From NCBI GenBank assembly GCA_002633005.1, contig NMRA01000387.1:55658-119657 (forward strand): a stretch of DNA of 64,000 nucleotides, given 5' to 3'. How positions within the stretch are numbered: the first letter of the stretch is position 1; each line of letters begins with the position of its first letter. The translations under genes were made by a program, and so were the position numbers. This stretch comes from Phoronis australis (Eukaryota > Animalia > Phoronida). Under the pieces are notes generated by a model. The model was not told the DNA's origin. It made no database searches and saw only the letters and a list, made by a program, of their open reading frames with translations. Shown piece by piece: positions 58,504 to 64,000 of this stretch.

Positions 58504-59043
58504 AGAGACATGGAACGCGAAAACTCGTAAAAAATACCTATTAAAAAGATCGTGGCGAATCTCATCTAGGGGATGCTAACGTGAGAGTTGAATATTGGAA
58601 GAAGTTCTAGAAAAAATCGCCAGATTCACTATTTTTGAAACACAGACGAAATAAAAACTTTTTCATTTCAATACAGTGACCAAATTCTCCATGCGCTCAA
58701 AAAATCGACCCATTTGCTGTTTGAAATAGTTATTGTTTGCATACCATGAAAACCAAAGATAACATGTTCCATATAAAGGGCATGTGCTACGTCTATATCT
58801 TGATATAACAAATAAGGAGACATGCTTTGCCGCATGGTAGAAAATTGACGAAGTGACGAGCTGTTGACAGATCGTTTTCTGGAAATTTGAAAGTAAAGGA
58901 GAAACGATTTGACATCAACAGAAATTCAAAAATCTTTACGAAAAATACTTGGTGAACAGTTTGACATCTGTTTTAGTGACAGAGAACGACTTTGAATACT
59001 GTGATTTGATTGATTTAGTCTGTTTTTCACGTTCTATGCCACT
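58504..59043. mobile_element. Kolobok-type MITE in intron 2
   Basis: TTAA TSDs (58500-58503, 59044-59047); TIR AGAGACATGGAACGCGAAAA / TTTTCACGTTCTATGCCACT. Confidence 0.75.
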
Positions 59044-59559
59044 TTAAGTAAAACAATCTCCACTTGACATCAAGGATAACAAAATAGTGAGTGTTAACGT
59101 ATTTTGTAACAATTCATTATGAAACCCAATATATTCGAATTCATTTCTTTTCTTTGAGCTGCTGTTTGTAAACAAATTTTGGTCCGTTCATTCTGGTCTC
59201 TTTTTCCGAAATCCTGAAAGTTTATCGCATCGATGATTACAAAGAATGAACATTCGAATATATTAGAAGATTTGAGGAAACCTTTCTGGATATTCCGGAA
59301 GAATCCGCAAAGGAGACTCACATGAACTGCCTCTAAACTGCGTATTTCACTTTCCTGTGCGATCTCCTATAGCGCCAATTTTCCCAGTCAAATTTCAATA
59401 TTCTGTTCATACGCTGTCCTCAAAGGCCCATCCCCACGACGATATAGCAAAACACTAGCTCGTGAGTGCGTGTGACGCATGGTGATATCTCCCAAGCACT
59501 TGCGTGATCCAGCCAAACTCTTAGAAATTTAACCACTTTTATAAATTAATTATCATTAC

Positions 59560-59667
59560 CTTGTAAAACATCTGTGACCGTTCCAGGCCAGGAGGTTCCT
59601 GCTTTGAACCACCAGAAAGGACGCCACCTGGCGCCGTCGATGTAAGTAACTGGATAAACATTCTTTT
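59560..59667 (-). CDS. Secreted-protein gene, exon 2
   Basis: TTTTGTTTCAG|...|GTAATG, 108 nt, phase 1->1: EKNVYPVTYIDGARWRPFWWFKAGTSWPGTVTDVLQ. Confidence 0.88.
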
Positions 59668-60317
59668 CTGAAACAAAACTATCATTACATGTAGCAGGAA
59701 TCGGGAGAACAAACGCAGGCGACTTCTGTTAACAAATTATGCAATATCGCTAAGAATTAGATTTCTTTTGACATGCAAAATGTGCATAAACAACAATTGA
59801 ATAGCAGTCAAACTGACAACAGTCGAATCTTAAAAAGGGAATCGTTACCTTTTTGAAGGTGTTTCGACCACTTTGTGACAAATTTGATTTTTTATTAAAT
59901 TGAAGTTATTTCGAACCTTTTCATCGACTTCTGTAAAAAGGAAACTGATAGAAATGATAATTCCTCAAGGCAGAATTGTGATAACCTAAGCTCTGAAAAT
60001 ATCAGCAGATCCGAGTGACCTGTTTTCTTGCTTTTCCAGTCTAATAACACTTGTTGTGCTCAGTAGCCATACGACGTAATAATGCCAGAAACTGGTAATA
60101 ATACTCACACAACAGCGATTCAGACACATTGTATGTACGCATTGAGTGACTTGCTCTTTGCGGTTTGAATTTCGCTGTCATGAAACCAATCACAAAAGTT
60201 TCAAAACACCTTTTAGAATAAGTGGAATGTCTCATATTTACCAAACTATCATTAAAAAGGAAACATTCGCCTACGTTTCCTACTGCTAAGAAATATCATT
60301 GGATTATTGAAGGATTT

Positions 60318-60620
60318 CAGTGGCGGATTTAGGGGAGGGGCAAGGGGCCATGGCCCCCCTAAAATTCTACCAGATACCATTTGGGAGTTCGGGTGCGAAT
60401 TGCTGACTAGCACACGCGCGCAACCAGGGGGGCTCGGGGGTCGAATAAACAATGCATAGGCCTGAACAAACCCCGTATACCGTTTTTTTTAGTCAACAGG
60501 TCCAAAAATTCAAGACTGCTGCATCCCCACGCTTTAGGCTGGGCGGGCGCGTTTGCCGAAATTTTGGTTATTCCTGTGCCCTGCCCCCCCCCCTTACTCA
60601 AAATCCTGGATCCGCCCCTG
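60318..60620. mobile_element. hAT-like MITE with perfect 5-bp TSD in intron 1
   Basis: TIR CAGTGGCGGAT / ATCCGCCCCTG; TSD GATTT on both sides. Confidence 0.8.
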
Positions 60621-61300
60621 GATTTTGATGCAATTGACAGCTTAACAAAATCATAGCATTTCGCGAAGCCGGAAATAACGACGCCCCATTTGTTCATGTA
60701 CTGTCGCTCAAAGGAGATTAATCCATTTTAGGGCTAAAAAACACCTGAGGCCTTTGACTGTCGACATTAACTATTCATCTGTACTCCAGTCAAGTTGTAT
60801 TCACAGTACGACACTACAACTAATAGTAAGAATAAAGTCCTCCATTTCGTACATAAAATCAGTTTCCTTACAAACGCTTGTTCACGTTCTTATGCTGGAA
60901 ATATTGCAACGCATCCAATACCTCGACACATTTTTGACCCTACTGAGGGCAACAGTTGCATCGGTGATATCTTCTGCTGTCGAGATATTCCTTTCTGACT
61001 TACAGTTTCAGTCAGAAAGGCAGCCGTGTGGCGGCCGCCGGAGCTTCCCAAACGGTACATTCGACACTTATAGTAGAAAATTTTTCTCAGCTTTTTAATC
61101 TCAATTTATATCTTTTCAATCACTTTGCGGAATCGGGGTGAGCTGTCCTGTATGATACGGGTAATAATACTCGTTTCCGAAAGGTCCCGCGACTTTTTCC
61201 AGAATTTCCTTTGTAACTTTTTATACTTATCTATAAACGGAGAGAACATCTTTATATGGATACCTATTTGCGTTCACTCAATCATTTGATTTAACTTTAC

Positions 61301-61511
61301 CTGTATTTTGGGTTAGAAGCTTCTCCACAATTGATGTTAAACTTTTCGTTGTTTCTCTTAGTTCCACCAATTCGCGGGATAGCCCCAAGTCACAATGACA
61401 GCATGGTGCAGATGGCACAACAGAGCAGTTTTGCTGCCGATGGTCGACTGTTGCATAGGAATGTTCCACCAAGAACGCAACCAAAGTGAAAGTCAAAATG
61501 ATCCACTTCAT
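61301..61511 (-). CDS. Secreted-protein gene, exon 1 (signal peptide, Cys cluster, coiled coil)
   Basis: MKWIILTFTLVAFLVEHSYA-TVDHRQQNCSVVPSAPCCHCDLGLSRELVELRETTKSLTSIVEKLLTQNT, donor CAG|GTAAAG, 211 nt (phase 1). The six exons sum to 867 nt = 288 aa + stop. Confidence 0.88.
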
Positions 61512-61574
61512 ATCGTTACTTGCTGTGCGCGGGACAGACTTGATAATGACCAGTCATCAACGAGACATGACAAA

Positions 61575-61580
61575 TTTATA
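61575..61580 (-). promoter_or_regulatory. Putative TATA box of the secreted-protein gene
   Basis: TATAAA on the minus strand ~64 nt upstream of the ATG, conserved in the paralogous copy. Confidence 0.6.
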
Positions 61581-63472
61581 TCCCGGCGCGCTATGAGGAA
61601 ATAAATATGTTGATGTTTACCGTCTGCCGGGCCCGCCGTCAACCAGGCCACATAGGCCAGGTGAAGTCAACATGTTTTGACAGAGGAGTATCCTGTTCAG
61701 TTTCTCAGAACTGGGGTGCGTACCAGCGAGTGGCGCTGGTTACACAAGACTAAATTCTAATGGGAGCACGTGCTTCACATGTAATGCAGTAGCGATAACC
61801 AGCTACTAAAAGACTCGCCACTGAAACTGGTAAAACAGAGCTCTTGAATCGGTTGATGACGTCATCTTTGTTTGACGAATAAGGAAGACGAAGAGAAAGG
61901 CTACTGGCACACACGAGAAGGTCAATGCTGAGGGGTCAATGACTGAACTAGAAGTGACACAAGGCTCGCCGTTTGTCAATAAACTTCAATAACTTCTCCA
62001 GTTCAAGAAATACCATCTCATAAATCCAAGACATTATGTGTGCAATACACATTCCGTTCACAGATTACAACCTGCGTACCCTGCTTCGCGGTTGTTTTAC
62101 CGAAAATCGAATTTGTTAACAGACGTAGGCCCAACAAAAACAAAAATGACTCCAGCAGTGTTAGGCATACTTCTCATTAAAACACAAAATTCCCGAGCAG
62201 GCTGGTAGAAGCTTGCTGAGTAAGGGCAGTGAATTTGAAGCACAGTGTATGTTGCAATGGGTCTGTAGAAGGCCTACGTATCGGCTTTTCTGTTTTGCGG
62301 ACTTTATTTCGTAAAACTCCGACACCACTGCAGTCCCATAGATCTCAGTTGATGCCCGTCAGTCGCCTAGCCCTAAACGATTTCAGTCGGCGTAGCCCTG
62401 TCAATTAAAGGGTCTGTTGTGTCAGACATGCGTATGATATTGCTAATATTATTACTATACAATTTTAAGGTTATCTAATTAATGATTTTCAAGTAATGTT
62501 TTCAGTGACCTGAAGGGTTTTCGACTATGTCATTGAAAAGCGTTAAGTACCACTGGAAACATAACACTTAGAGCCGACAAGATGTATGGCCACCCGTTCC
62601 AAGAGATAGCCTGATTAAAAGGACTTATTTGTTAGGTCAGGAACTTTTATGAGAAAATGTAGTTTTCGTCTACGTACCAACGTTTAATGCTAAGCATGTA
62701 TCTGAATTAAGTACCTGCGCCTATAGACACGAACACGTAAGAAAAATTGTCAATGAAACTACTGACCTGGTTATGTGACATTGCCAGTTGATGTGACCAT
62801 ATTGTCAAACCGGCATTACCAAGGTAATGTAACATTACCTTGTTATGTGACCATAACAGACCAGGTAATACCGATCTTTCTGGTAAAACTGTGGCACAGA
62901 CTTCCAAAATGTTTTTGAGTGTAGTTTAACTTCCTGTGCTACAAATTAATTGAGAACGACTGACTTGAATTTCTAAATTTACATCAAAAAGTTAGTGTTC
63001 AAGGGACGTTATTGATTTTACTGCTGAAAAAACATAACTGAGCGTCGGAAGGGATAGATGGTGAAGTAATCAGCATTGGCCAGAGCAATTAAACAATAAT
63101 TCCCGATGTTAAGAGATTTTATTTCAATTCTCACCAATTCTCGCTTTGTCTGCCAGACTTCGGTGAAATCAAGGTCGGCTGCGTCAAATTTCGTTTCGTA
63201 AAGTTTTTAACCGACTGAAATGAGTTGGAGTGTAGCCAAGTGATTTGAATGGCACTACATAAGCGTGGTATTTTTTGCTCTTTTGCTGAAAATAATGATA
63301 AGCTCAGCCAATGAAAGGGACGAAAATAACTATATATATGTGTGTGTCTGGGAACAGTCAATAGCAAGGAATTTAAAAAGTAATTGCAGGCCGCGCATGT
63401 GCATAGGCCCACTGCTCTGAACACCTAGCTGCCTTAGTGACATTGTTAAAACCGAGCTAAGACGCTGGAGAC

Positions 63473-63715
63473 CAGGGGTCCGTTCCAAGAAACTGACTTA
63501 AGCTCATTTTTACTTAAGTCAAAGATTTCCAAACTTTGAAACTTCCACATCTGGTAAGAAAATCAAAATTTAGACAAAACTAAAGTAAAAAAAATCAAGT
63601 CAACCCTAAGATCTCTTTCTTGAAATGGACTTGAGACAAATTTAAGTTTTATCTTAAAATTGTTTGAAAATTAAGATTACTCTTAGCTAAGTCAGTTTTC
63701 TTGAACGGCCCCCTG
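63473..63715. mobile_element. PIF/Harbinger-like MITE
   Basis: TIR CAGGGGTCCGTTCCAAGAAACTGACTTA / TAAGTCAGTTTTCTTGAACGGCCCCCTG. Confidence 0.7.
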
Positions 63716-64000
63716 ATTCAAGGGCCTAGCAGTGTGACTCCGAGTCGATTCACGAACTTGAGTAAAGGAAACGGACACCTATCCCACTAGGACACACTGC
63801 CTCCTCTGTCAGAAAGATCGGGATGCACTTTGATCTACGTTAGTAAGTTGGCCTAAGGGAGATCCTCGAATTACATCCGTGATTGATATTTAACATGCTG
63901 TCCCTAACAATCAGTTCTATGAAGTTCAGACCCCCTATTGGGAATCAAAATGAGTCAAACAGAGCCGGGTACGAATGGCGTAAACAAATTTGTAGACAGA

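Overview
AT-rich, repeat-dense eukaryotic (animal) scaffold with N-gaps. The mix of Academ, Kolobok, ISL2EU, hAT-like MITEs with 5-bp TSDs, L1/Tx1, Helentron-like elements and tRNA-SINEs suggests an aquatic invertebrate (inference). Most ORF-track calls are spurious. I can support one apparently intact gene, which the ORF track only catches in fragments: a 6-exon minus-strand gene (61511->55159, 288 aa). It encodes a secreted protein: signal peptide, Cys cluster and short coiled coil, a ~190-aa Trp/Cys-rich domain I cannot assign to a named family, and a truncated EGF-like tail. A diverged orphan copy of its TATA promoter plus exon 1 lies at ~43860-44480. The middle of the window (16208-37389) is a head-to-tail array of four diverged units (3.9-6.7 kb as assembled). 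Each unit carries a conserved splice acceptor, a coiled-coil exon start and a long decayed reading frame. The array starts and ends at the same unit position, and each unit carries its own private insertions. The left part is a TE nest: an Academ element (3-bp TSD) inserted in a Tc1/mariner transposase, a Kolobok derivative with THAP and KolX-like remnants, and a 2.2-kb duplication across a single N that is probably an assembly artifact. A ~650-bp inverted repeat with inward-facing tRNA-like heads lies at 40965-42785. No CRISPR, rRNA or bona fide tRNA was found. Family names come from motif recognition only; no database searches were run.
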